The notes under the pieces are model-generated. The model made no database searches and had not been told where the DNA came from. It saw only the letters and a program-made list of their open reading frames with translations. Shown here one piece after another: positions 10,462 to 22,068 of a stretch of 64,000 bases of DNA; within the stretch, counting starts at the first letter, position 1, and every line of letters starts with the position of its first letter. The position numbers and the translations under genes were made by a program. The stretch covers positions 1,550,001-1,614,000 of the forward strand of contig CM074806.1 of the NCBI GenBank assembly GCA_037447605.1, read 5' to 3'. This DNA is from Zygnema circumcarinatum SAG 698-1b. Taxonomy: Eukaryota > Plantae > Zygnematophyceae.

Positions 10462-13089
10462 ATGGGGCTGGAGGAGGATCTGCTCATGACTCCTGCTGCT
10501 TCGTCTGTCATAGGCGCCTTGTCAGGCTCGGTGGAAGTTTTCCTTCAGCAGCCGTCTGTCAGCTGGAAGAACGCAGTGCAGGCATGAATCTCAGCATTCT
10601 CGTTGCAAGGGAAATTGTGGCTTTAGCACCGAGTAATAGGCAGTTCCGGCTGATCAATTCTGTTTTCACAGCCAGATTTACCATCTGGTGTTTGCATGAC
10701 ACTATGGAGTATTTGCTGCCTTGCCTTTGTCCTGCCTTAATCTTATCAGATAAGCGCACCGTTCTTTTGCTTGGATAGTGCTCGTCTATTGCAAACAATC
10801 AGTTCAAATAGGCTTTCTATTGACCCTTGACTGCACAGAACAGTTTTTGCGGTACTCTTTCAATTTTGCTTATTGCACATACAGAGTGTGGCAAGGGACA
10901 CAGGACGGGCGGCCTGTGCGGTTGGATCCAAGATTCCTATATCGAGGAGTGATGATTAACGCTGCTAGCATGGCTCCTATAAACGGCATCCAGTTTGGAG
11001 TTAATCAATATTTGGAAGAAACCTTTGCTGTACGCGGTAAGTGGCCCTCCAGGCAGGCAATATCACCCTGGTTCTTGAATTTCTATGTCTTTCGTTAAGG
11101 CTTATTCGTTTAGCTGATTGAGTTGGCGAAGCTGGAATAAAAGCTGACGAAGTTATACCCTGAAAGTCCTTCACCAGCGCTTTCGATTTCATTACTTGCT
11201 TAGCGTTTAGGTTCTTTTGGAGAGAGACGGCCTTTGAAAAAAAAAATAGATAGTTGTTGTATCCTGAAAGTAGGCGCCTGGTTTGACAGCTGAAAGGTTG
11301 AAGAGAGCGCGTAACTTTTAGCCCGTATGTTGCCACCGGCAGGCTGAGGACTGTCTGCACTATGACAACAATAGTTAACATGGCATCGTAGAGTGTGCCA
11401 GGGTTTCAACGCTTCCGTTGTAATTGACACCGCCGTTACATTGCAGGTGAACTTTCCGATGCTGCCAGAACCGCCACTGCAACAGCGGCAGGTGCTGTAT
11501 CGGGCCTTGTTTCTGGTCCGGCAGAGCTTCTCATGATTCAGCAGCAGAAGCATGGAGGAACTTTACACTCACAGGCACGAGAGACGTTTCAAACTTACGG
11601 CGCTGCAACTTTTTTGCGGGGCATGGTAAGTTCTCTCAAGGCACCGTTAAATTTGTGTGATCTCAGAAGTCTCCGACACATTTTGCATTTTGCTTCGTTG
11701 ACGATTCTGACTTTCCAGACTGTCTCAGGACTTAAAGTTCTATACTTTGCTGAAATTGAGGGCAGTACAGTCCATTATTGATCGGGGATTTGGAATTCGC
11801 ACGAGGTTTAAGAAATGTGATACCATTCTGGCTCGTTTAATACTTTGCATAATTGCCTCTGAGACAGCCCAAAGTCCCTATTAGAATCATTCAGGCCCAC
11901 TCTGGAGATAGATGTCTACGCCCAGAGAGAAAGCTGTTGCAGACATGCCCTTACACTAATGTTACGATCTAGATGGAAAAAGGTATCTCAATTATAATTA
12001 ATCGTAATTGAACTGCTATATTTTCGTAGAGTTTACAAAAAGGTTGACTTGCCGTAGGCAAGCGTTAAAAAAAAAAATTGAGCATCGAAGGGGAGTGGGG
12101 AAGTTTTTAATGGAGACGTGGTAGCTGGGGAAAAGGACGAGGCTTTGGAGGGCAGGATCTTGGCTAATCTGTCGAAGGATCACAATTATTAAGTGAATCA
12201 GAAACCTTCTATCTATTTGAATCCAAGAATGTTGAATTAGAACCTTTGTCAAAACTTTCTAAGAGCATCAACGACGGGGGGGACACTGTCTTTTAAACTT
12301 TCAAATCTAGAACGTGTTCTGCACTACTAAAGATACCACAGCTTGTGCAATCTATTTGAAGAATCTTAAAGCCACTCCCTGTGAAATGTTGCGACTTTGC
12401 CGCTACTCTTCTGCAGACCCCAACTTTAGTCCGGGAGGCAATATTCACAGGAGCATATTTAGGTGTAATTCCCATTTTACGAGAGAAGATGCATGCAACG
12501 TGGCCTGAGGTTTGGGAACCTCGGCCAGTTGCATCCATGGCGGTCGCGTCGATGGCTGCTGGAGTGGGAGCGACAATTGTGACGCAGCCATTCGACACCA
12601 TCAAGACACGCATGCAGGCCAACTTGGGCCTCCCATCTCACAGGTAGGCTTCACACTTGGATTTTCCCCATCGTTGTGCATATTTTTTTACTCCTTTCAA
12701 GTCTGCGCGAATCGTATCATTCTGCATTTGGGCAACTTTGTAATATGGGCTGTTTTGTACACATAAATGCCCTGATGCTTTACCTAGCGGCAAGCCTTAT
12801 TAGGCAACTTGGAGTTTATGGGAGGTTGAATGCTTTCGAATTGTTGCTTGGCATACAGTAAAAGACTGTCGCTTCTTCCATCTGTAGATCTATGATGGGC
12901 ACCGGAGCCTCTATGTGGAGAGAAGGTGGCTTGCGAGCTCTTTTCAGCGGCCTTATTCCACGGGCTCAGAGAGTCACCTGTGCAGTATTCATTCTTAGCG
13001 AAGCCAAGGATCGACTGTCAGATTTGTACCTTCACGTTGCGGCCCGCACCGACCACACCATTTCAATGGCCCTCGAGCGGAAAGCGTGA
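10462..13089 (+). CDS. Mitochondrial carrier family (SLC25) protein
   Basis: Five exons (about 10462-10581, 10904-11037, 11447-11625, 12418-12643, 12887-13089) give three carrier repeats: QQPSVSWKNAVQ...LYRG, GPAELLMIQQQ...FLRG, QPFDTIKTRMQ...LFSGLIPR. Confidence 0.88.
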
Positions 13090-14383
13090 TATTTGCAAGC
13101 CCTGTAGAGATTATGCCGAAAATAAGATTCCGCAATCATTTATCAATTCATTTTTCAGTGCCTAATACAGCTCGTCATTCACTGAAAAGGTGCAGTTTTA
13201 GTAGCGATAGCCTGCAGTAGCATCTGGGCAAACCCCAGCGGGAGTATGCTTCATGCTGTCGCCATTAGTTTTGCATAGCATATTATTCTTGCTTAGTGCT
13301 TTTTAGTTCGCCAATTTGAGGCGGGTGGTGTGCTGGGAGATGTTTCTCTGGGAGATGTATTGCTGCTTCAGTTCGCAGAAAAGTGCTCCTCGATGAGTTG
13401 TGCTTGTTCCACTTGTGGATTGTGGAGTTAACGGAGTGAAACGGCGTGCGTGCATTCCTATCCATGTCGCGCGTACGATCTGTTGAGATTGCGAGATAAA
13501 AGGCACCCTTGTCTGTTGATAACTGAAATTTGCATCTTGCCCATTCGAGTCTGAAACCCTTGATTGTTAATCCTCGATATCTTCTCCATCCTTTTCCCTC
13601 GAAGCCATATCCTTAGACATGTAACAAATGGTTTTACAGTTAATGAAAATCGAAGTGAGCCGAGAAATGGTTGAGGGACGAAAAACTAGGGTTAAGACCT
13701 CACTCACAAAGCTTAAAATAGCCCCAGGCAAAGAATGAAAAACAGAACAGTAAGACAAGGAATTAAGACAAAACACCACGGCCAAACTCTTAACTTCCAA
13801 ATTGAAGTACAAGCATGCAGCAAAAGCCACTCCCCTGCATCTCTACTCCACTACAAGACTACCACCCTCATGCTGTGAAGCTCCACCACATTCCAGCAAG
13901 CTTCACCTACCACTTCTCGCTGTCTACACACAGGGTTAAGTCTCAGTGTTCTCCCTCTCAATCTATACTTTGCCCAAAGCAACAACCATAAGCGGCTACC
14001 AACCCCGCTAGCAAACACTAAGCGCTGGTCTCGCCACACGTCTACGCCTGCACGCCTGTCACGTCACGCGTCTTCAGTTGCGCGCCTGTCACGTCNNNNN
14101 NNNNNNNNNNNNNNNNNNNNNNNNNNNNNNNNNNNNNNNNNNNNNNNNNNNNNNNNNNNNNNNNNNNNNNNNNNNNNNNNNNNNNNNNNNNNNNNACGGC
14201 AGACTCCGGAATCCTCGTCCAGCCCCTCCACGCGTCTCCATTTCCGCTGCGCACGCTTCAGTACTGCTCATAGCACCTCCACCTCCAGTCGAGCGCCTGT
14301 TCTGTTCCGCCTGCCGTTCTTACCTTCCCGTTATGGAGTTTGAATTCGCTCGTTATTGATTCTACAACCTGGACCGTATCTAT

Positions 14384-15023
14384 GGAGAACTATATACCGC
14401 CCCCCTTTTTGGTTATCCCGCCACTATTTTTTTGAAATCCGACCCTCCCATTTCGGCTATTCTGCCCCCCTCCCTCATTTTGGATATTTCGGGAGGAGAT
14501 CGCCCCCTGTTTTGAATATTTCTTTCCCGCCCCTCCCGTCCTCTCCCGCCCCTCCTGCCCTCCCCCTCCGCTTCCCTCCCTCCCACCCTCCCCTCCGCCC
14601 CATCCCTCCCTCCCTCCACCTTCCTTCCCTCCCCTCCCCTCCCTCCCCTCCCCACCCCTCCCTCCCTCCCTCCCCTGCCCACCCCTCCCCTCCCTCCCCT
14701 CCCCTTCCCTCCTTCCCTCCCCTGCCCACCCCTCCCTTCCCTCCCCTCCCTGCACCCACCCCTCCCCTCCCCTCCCCTGCCACCCCTCCCGCCCTGCACC
14801 TCCCCTGCCCACCCCTCCCCTCCCCTCCCCTGCCCACCCCTCCCCTCCCCTCCCCTTCCCTCCCCTCCCCTCCCCTGCCCACCCCTCCCCTCCTGCCCAC
14901 CTCCCTTCCTTCTTCCTCTCGGTTTGCAGTTTTCTATGTTGAGACTTTTTATTCTCTTTTTTTCCTTTTTCTTTTGGTGGGTGTGAAGCTCTGTCATGAT
15001 GTAATGGTTGGCTTGCTTGCTTG

Positions 15024-15065
<42 letters not shown>

Positions 15066-15793
15066 CTTTGCTCTCTCTCCTCTAGTCTTTCTCTCCTCTA
15101 CTCTCTCTCCTCTGCTCATTCTCTCTCTCTCCTTTGCTCTCTCCTGTGCTCTCTCCTCTAGTCTCTCTCTCCTTTGCTCTCACTACTCACTCTCTCTCTC
15201 TCCTTTGCTCTCTCCTCTGCTCATTCTCTCTCTCCTTTGCACTCTCCTCTAGTCTCTCTCTCCTCTACTCTCACTCCTCTGCTCTTTCTCTCTCCTCTAT
15301 ACTCTCTCTCCTCGGCTCTCGCCCCTTTGCTCTCTCTCTCTTCTCTCTCCTTTGCTCTCTCCTTTAGTCTCTCTCCTCTGCTCTCTCTCTCTCTTTCCCT
15401 CTTTCTCTCTCTCTCTCCTCTGCTCTCTCTCCTCTAGTCTTTCTCTCCTCTACTCTCTCTCCTTTGCTCTCTCTTGTGCTCTCTACTCTAGTCTCCCTCT
15501 CCTTTGCTCTCACTCTTCTGCTCATTCTCTCTCTCCTTTGCTCTCTCCTGTGCTCTCTACTCTAGTCTCTCTCTCCTTTGCTCTCACTCCTCTGCTCACT
15601 CTCGTTCTCTCCTTTGCTCTCTCTCGAACGTTGCGCTGGTGTGTGAGAAGGAGAAAACGGGGGGGAAATATCCAAAATGGGGGGGGGGGCGGGATATTTC
15701 AAAACAGGGGGCAGAATAGCCGAGATGGGAGGGTCGGATTTCAAAAAAACAGTGGCGGGATAACCAAGAAAGGGGGGCGGTATATAGTTCTCC
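14384..15793. mobile_element. Non-autonomous Mutator-like (MULE) element, 1410 bp, long TIRs, 8-bp TSD
   Basis: TIRs start GGAGAACTATATACCGCCCC and stay near-identical for about 85 bp, with further rearranged similarity. GTATCTAT is duplicated at 14376-14383 and 15794-15801. The interior is CCCT- and CT-rich with no transposase. Confidence 0.85.
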
Positions 15794-16071
15794 GTATCTA
15801 TCCGCAGTAATCCGTAGCGAGCAAATTGGAATGTCCCCCAAGTCCTTGTCGGAGTGGAGGGGGGGAGGGCTCAGACTTGACAAAATCAATGTGGGCTTAT
15901 ATCAGAAAGAAGTACTTTGCAAACATGTACCTCGCGCAGTCCCAAGTTACCTGCCTTGCTGTGTCGCCGAGCGGCGTACAGCGCTGTACCGAATTCGAGT
16001 TATCAGAGCGCCTCGCCGCCGCCTGTCCCAGCCGGCCGGCCCGCCCGCCCGCGCGGTTCCGTCGGGCCAGC

Positions 16072-16770
16072 CACGTGTCCTGTCCTGTCACACCCAGTCC
16101 CAGATCCTTTGCCGTTTTTTCAAGTATAGTACATACGGTCTGAGGCGTCGCGTCACATCACGTCACGTCCCGCAGGAAGCTCTTAACGCGCAACCGCAGC
16201 CCAACCGGCGGCGAACCCCTGTCGGTCCGTACGGTATGTGCTTCGAAAAAATCGGAGTCCGCCCAGCGGGCAGCGTGCGGCCAAAAGATGCCGCGCTGGC
16301 GGGACAAGCGGGGCCGCCGCCCCGCCCGCACATGGCCGCCACGTGGCCCGCCAAGATTCGCCGCCACGAGTCAAACCACGTCCCGCCGCCACGCGGGGAG
16401 GCGGGCGGGCTGCGCGAGGCCAGGCCGGACCGGACCAGGTCCGGGCCAGGTTCGGCCCGGCCGTTTCGAATCGGTTCGGTTCGGGCCCGGCGGACGGATT
16501 CGTTCCGGTCCGTACCGTCCGTGGTCCGTGCGGCCCGCTGCCTCATTATTGCGCGCGCCACGTGGCGCAATACGTGGCCGGGTCCACCGCGGCGTCGACG
16601 CGGATCAACGCGCGTGGGCGGGCGGGGGCGCGCCACGTGTCCGCGCGCTTGGAAAGCGCGCCGGCCGCGTCAGTGGACTCGCGGGCCCACGTGGCGGCCC
16701 GCCAGGCGGCGCGCGCTCACCCGCGGACCGGCCCGCCCGCGCGCGCTCACCCGCGGACCGGCCCGCCCGC
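16072..16770. promoter_or_regulatory. GC-rich upstream region of RSH with five CACGTG G-box/ABRE cores and a perfect 30-bp direct repeat
   Basis: CACGTG at 16072, 16340, 16559, 16634 and 16688. The unit at 16711-16740 is repeated at 16741-16770. Confidence 0.55.
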
Positions 16771-17580
16771 GCGCGCGGGCAGCCAAAATATTAGATGTTT
16801 GTCCTGCCCGCGCGCAGCGGGCAGATCTGGGCCGCGCCCTCTCCGCGGGCGCCACACGGCAGAGGGAGGGGTTAGGGTTCGCGCGGCGGGGTAGAGCGGG
16901 GACAGGTGGAAAGTGGGGCTGTTGTGAGGCCGCCCGGGCTGCTGCAGGAGGAGGAGGAGGAGGTGCCTGGTAGGGGGCGCGCAGATCTCGTGTTTGCTTA
17001 CAGGATAAGGTATTGAGGAGTCTGTGATTGAAGGGTTTCAGGGTGGGAAGTGCGGAGCAGTTGGGCATGCAAGGGTCTATTTGGGTGTCTGCTGAGAGCG
17101 CTTCTTCGCCCGCGGAGTTTCGGCTGTTTTTGTAGTAACGTCAAGTTCCAGTCTGTTGTCTTATTGAAAGTGTGGTTCCTTCATCCTCAAATTGGCCACG
17201 GCTGCGGACTTGCAGTTGCTGAAGCAATGGCAACATCAGTTAGTTGCAGATCTTTCCGTCTTCCATTATGGCGTGTTTGAAGGCACTCATGTTCCGCAAG
17301 TGACGATGTGTTTGTTCCGTTGACGTCGTCAGGGTGTCCGTTCAGTGAGGTATTGTCGATGCGTCTACTGTGGTCTTTGGTTCTTAAAAGAGTCTGTTGA
17401 CTCAGTGTGGGAATTCGCACTTTTGCTGCTTTTCTGTTGCAGTCACTCCTTGGAACAGGAAGCACTTCCTGTAAGACAGCAGATTGCCAAGCATTCTGAA
17501 GATTTGGGTTCATATCCACTCGGGTAAATCGTGCATAGAACGATTTAGGTTTACTGAGATTGCCAGATAGGTCAGGCACG

Positions 17581-20500
17581 ATGGCTGCAACTGTAGCTCT
17601 GTATTCAAGTTCCCCTCCATCAGCAGTTATGACAAGTACTGCACGAAGTTCTGGCTGCTGCGAGGGGGAATTGGAATTTGGGAGGCGATCTTCCAGCAAT
17701 CAGCAGACTACTACCATGAGAGTTCGCGGGGGCTTGTCATCCTTATTCGCCAACAGTAGCGCCAAGTCTGTTTCTAGTGCAGGCCCCAGCTATGGCGATA
17801 GCTATGAATCTTCATCAAGCGCAACCTTCTTGGGGACAGTCCAGACGGAATCAACCCTGTTTTCCTCGTCCAGAGAAAGCTTTGATTCGAGACCGTCTGC
17901 AGCCGTGAATATTCCGACTGCCTCCTCTCTGCGTGTGAAAGATCGAAGTCCCGTATCAGTACTGACCGGTTTTAGCTGCAGTAGGACTAGCTCTCCTCCA
18001 GCCCTGGCCACAGTCGCCTGGGAGGGTACCAGCATTAGCAGCAATGGTCTGCCGCCTTTGGATTCTCACAACTTGGCGCTCCGGAAAAGGCCATCATTAT
18101 CTGCAGAAAAGCCCTTGTCCATGGGTGGGCTTGATAAGCAGTTTCTTACAGGGGACAGGTCGACATTTTCAGGAGGACCAGTACAACGGAGCTATGGCTT
18201 TCGAGTAGGCAACGACGGAATGGAGGATCTAGCTGGCGCATCCTCTTCTAGCAACAACTGTGGGAACGCCACTACCGCTTTCCAATTCCAGCGTAGTTGG
18301 ACACAAGCCTTTGAGGGGGACATAGCTATCAATGCGTTAGGGCTTGATTCGGTCAAGGAATCAGTAATGTTCAATGCAAGTGACAAAAAGGTAGGGCGTC
18401 ACATGGGATCTCCCAATGGGGCTTCGCAAGGATCTATCTTCACGGGCTTGGAGAAGAAGAAGTTGGAAGAAGCCAGGGAACAACTGCTGAGAATGGTGGA
18501 GAAGGGTACTGATATGGAGCCTTCTCGAGTTCTGGTAGGAAGTGACGAGGAACTCTTGATTGAAGTTCAGAAGAAGCATTCCATATTCTACGATCCCCTC
18601 GTAAAAAAGGCGTTCAATGTGGCCGCAAGTGCTCATCAAGGGCAGGTGCGCATTGGAGGCCATTTACACAGATTGATGCTGTTTTCACACTATCTGGCTC
18701 TGCAGTCATAAGCCTTGATTCATAAATTGTTCTTTTTAAGCTTTTGGAATTGTTTCAACATATCTCTTTGTTTTGCTCCCTCAGTTTTTTTCTTCCTTTA
18801 TTTGGTGTGTGCAGGTGCGTAAAGATGGACGACCGTATATCACCCACTGCTTGGAAACTGCTGTAATTCTTGCCGAGTGCCGGCTGGATAAGGTGGTGAT
18901 TGCTGCAGGCATGCTGCATGATATTCTGGATGATTCCATGATGGATGAGGACAAGTTACGAAATATATTTGGCGATAAAGTGACTGATCTGGTCGTTGGA
19001 GTGAGTATATTCACGAAATTCCCTCCTGCAGGCTTGCGTTCAGTTGTTTTGTATGGTCTGGTGTTGTGGGACTGACATCTTCCTTTGCAATGTATAACTT
19101 AAAAGCCTTCATTTTTCAATGGAGTTCGTCGATCTGAAGTTATGTTGCTGACCTTTTCAGTATTGCATGATTGCAATGAGCGTTAAGTCTGCTGTAAGGA
19201 GATTGCGATGTTGCCTCGTTTGTTATAATTTTTGTTCTGACGGTGTTCACTGCTGTTGTGAATTGAAACTATGTCAGGTCAGCCGGCTCAGCCTATTCAG
19301 CCAATTGGCTCGTGACAGACGGACAGTCAGCAATCCTCTGGAAACGAGTCGTCTCCGCCACATGTTCATTTCAATGGCAGATGCGCGTGTGGTGCTGATA
19401 AAGCTCGCTGATAGGCTGCACAATCTGCGTACCCTTGGCCACTTACCACGTGTCAAGCAGTTGCGAATTGCAGAAGAAACCTTAGAAATATTTGCACCCA
19501 TTGCCAGTCGTTTGGGCATATGGAGGTGGAAGGCTGAGATTGAAGACATCTGCTTCAAGTACATTCATCCAGAGGCCCATGAGGAGCTTTCTCAGAAACT
19601 CGGAAGTGGCCGTTGGCAAGAAGTGAAAGCCGCATCGGCGAAGCTTGGTGAATCCCTGAAAGCTGCACGGATAGAGTTCCAAGATCTGGATGGACGACCA
19701 AAGAACTTGTACAGTGTTTATCTCAAGATGCAAAAGTAAGGCCCCGGAACAAGTTTCTGACACTCATCTGTCTTGCGTGATAAGACTCATTTCTGGTTTT
19801 GCGATAATTTATGTCTAGAAGTAGAGATCTATCTTGCAGGAATTGCCTTTGAAGGTTGAGCTAATTATTGATTTTGTCCAATGTGAATGCAGGAAAGGGC
19901 GCTCGGTTGATGAGATATTTGATGTTCGCGGTTTAAGATTGATTATGCCCGATGACGAGAGCTGCTATGCCGCACTTGATGTTGTACATAAGCTATGGAA
20001 ACCTGTGGCAGGGGATCATTTCAAAGACTACATCAGGACTCCAAAGGCTAACGGGTAAGGCATTTATTTACTGCAGCTTGAAGATAGGGACGAGATTGAC
20101 TGTTTTTTTCTGCTCGTGGTTGACGGATAGCGGCGAATGTACCGCTCGGAACCGAGCAGTGGTGTCAATTGGAGGCAGAGTCAAGATTGTCTTTTTTTCG
20201 TGCTGATGTGCTCAAGCAACGTTTGTCTACATAACTTAACCAAATGAATCTATGGTTGTTTTCATGGGCTTCACGGAAATTCCCTGTTTTTCTCTTGAAT
20301 TACGGAGAGGAAAGGCAACAAGCGCTCGAGTACCATTGCTTTCAGTTTTAAGTTTTGCAGCCATTAACAGTTTTGTTCGAATCGAATCCCAAATGATTGA
20401 TATGTATGTGGTCTGTTCTTCGGTGGCAGCTATCAGTCACTCCATACTGTGGTGCAAGGAGAGAATGGGCAAAAGGTGGAGGTTCAAATAAGAACAAAAG

Positions 20501-21378
20501 AGATGCATCATCAGGCTGAGTATGGTCTTGCGGCCCACTGGCAGTACAAGGAGGGAGAGGTGCAGCACTCTGCAGCCATACAGCAACGCATCCGGTGGGT
20601 GCGATGGGTGCTTTCTTGGCAAGCAGAGTTTGTCATGGACAGTAAACTGGGATCTCTATCAGGGGCATCTTCCAGGGCCCCCTGCCCATTCCCCAACCAT
20701 GAACATGATTGCCCATTCGCGGATGACAATGAGGGGAGCCTATTTGCACTGCGTTCGAGTGACTGCGATCCTCATTATGTTATCGTCTTGGAGGGTAAAG
20801 ACTCGGTAAGCATTCACATACTACCCTCTGCTAGCGCTCAATCATCTGGTTTTGCAGGTTGTTAACTGATTTCTTTAGGGTCAGAACACCTTTAATACAT
20901 TGCCACTTTAACCGAATGTATCGTCTTGTATCTGGTTCAGGCGAAAGCACAAAGTGGTCTGCCGGTAGAACTGCGTGGCTGATGTAAAAGAAAGAATTTG
21001 CCAGGTAGATATCTGATTCCACAAATTCCGCGTTTTTTGTCTGTGCAGATGGCCGTGCAGGAAGTACCGAATGGATCGACGGTAGCAGATGTAATAAGGG
21101 ATCGCAGAGAAGCAGGCGGTGTATATGCCAACCATGTGGTAAGGCCTCTTGTGAATCAAGAATTCGTGGACATGGACCAGGATGTTCACATGGGGGATGT
21201 GGTGGAGCTCATTATGGAGGCCGACCATCTGGAGGACATGGAGCTCATGGTGCCTCCTCTGCTCCCTCTCCACGCCGTCAGCGAGCAGACTGTGGGATTG
21301 TCTGTCGACGAAATGATGGTGGAACTCCACCGGCAGAAATTGAATAAATGGTTCACGAAAGGAACGACATCGGCATGA
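17581..21378 (+). CDS. RSH: RelA/SpoT homologue, (p)ppGpp synthase/hydrolase, RSH2/RSH3 type
   Basis: Exons 17581-18645, 18815-19000, 19278-19735, 19893-20054, 20430-20805, 21049-21378. HD domain (RKDGRPYITHC, LHDILDD, IKLADRLHNLRTL). Synthetase (GRPKNLYSVY, IFDVRGLRLI, DYIRTPKANGYQSLHT, EVQIRT, AEYGLAAHWQYKE). Long Ser-rich N-terminus. Confidence 0.95.
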
Positions 21379-21697
21379 AGAATCGGTTAAACTGGGGGGT
21401 TGCTTGTCTTAAGCATAGTGAAGATCTTGCGGGTTAGTAGTCCAGGGCGTTTAGGCTGGTTTTGATTGTGGATTAGTCTTTTGTTGTAGAGAAGAGGGTC
21501 TTGACAAGGCAGTGCTCGGCTGCCTCATTGGGCGGAAAGTGGCACATGTTTTTGTACATATGCTGTAGTTAATTCTTGTTGAAGCCACTGAGTAGAATAG
21601 AGTTGTCTAGCATCTGCTAGCCCAATTGTAAATAGTGACATGGAAGTGGGGCATAAAGATGAAAATTTGGCTGAAAGGAGGGAGTGAAGAGGTTTCT

Positions 21698-22068
21698 GTG
21701 CTCTCCTTATATTCCATTTCGCAAATTCACGAATTGCACGTGTGTTCTATCTTGCCACTGCAAGACCAGGCGGAGATACGTCTCCTGGTCAGCAGCTCAC
21801 CCTCAACGACACTGCGTAGCCATTGTCACCATCGCTGAACCAGCATCTGATGCCTTATCTGACTCTATGTTTAACTTCTCTCACCCAATTTCTGCTTCCC
21901 TCTCCATATTCCAGTGGCCTCCACCTGCAGGCATACCGTGCAGTCTGACCTTTCTGCCCTCTAAACACCACCTTGCATTCGCTCAACTATTAAGGCTGTA
22001 CTGTCATCCCAATCACTCGTTCACTGAAAAAGTAGGACGGTCTGAAGCCGCCTGTCCTGCGCGTTTAC
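21698..22068 (-). pseudogene. Decayed duplicate of part of the large RGTA exon (33493-33869)
   Basis: Colinear similarity over about 370 bp, for example CCAGCATCTGATGCCTTATCTG and TCAACTATTAAGGCTG. Contains a +1 frameshift and stop codons. Confidence 0.85.

Noticed and set aside
9849-10778. 309-aa ORF upstream of the carrier
   Set aside because: Runs through microsatellite-rich promoter and UTR sequence, and through carrier exon 1 in the wrong frame.
14356-15810. Pro-, Gly/Arg- and Leu/Ser-rich ORFs
   Set aside because: Products of the CCCT/CT microsatellite cargo of the TIR element.
15831-16973. 380-aa Arg/Pro/Ala-rich ORF and overlapping ORFs
   Set aside because: Shadow ORFs of a very GC-rich regulatory region, open in most frames.
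17581-18560. Long Ser-rich N-terminal extension of RSH
   Set aside because: A long low-complexity transit-peptide-like extension is normal for RSH2/3 proteins.
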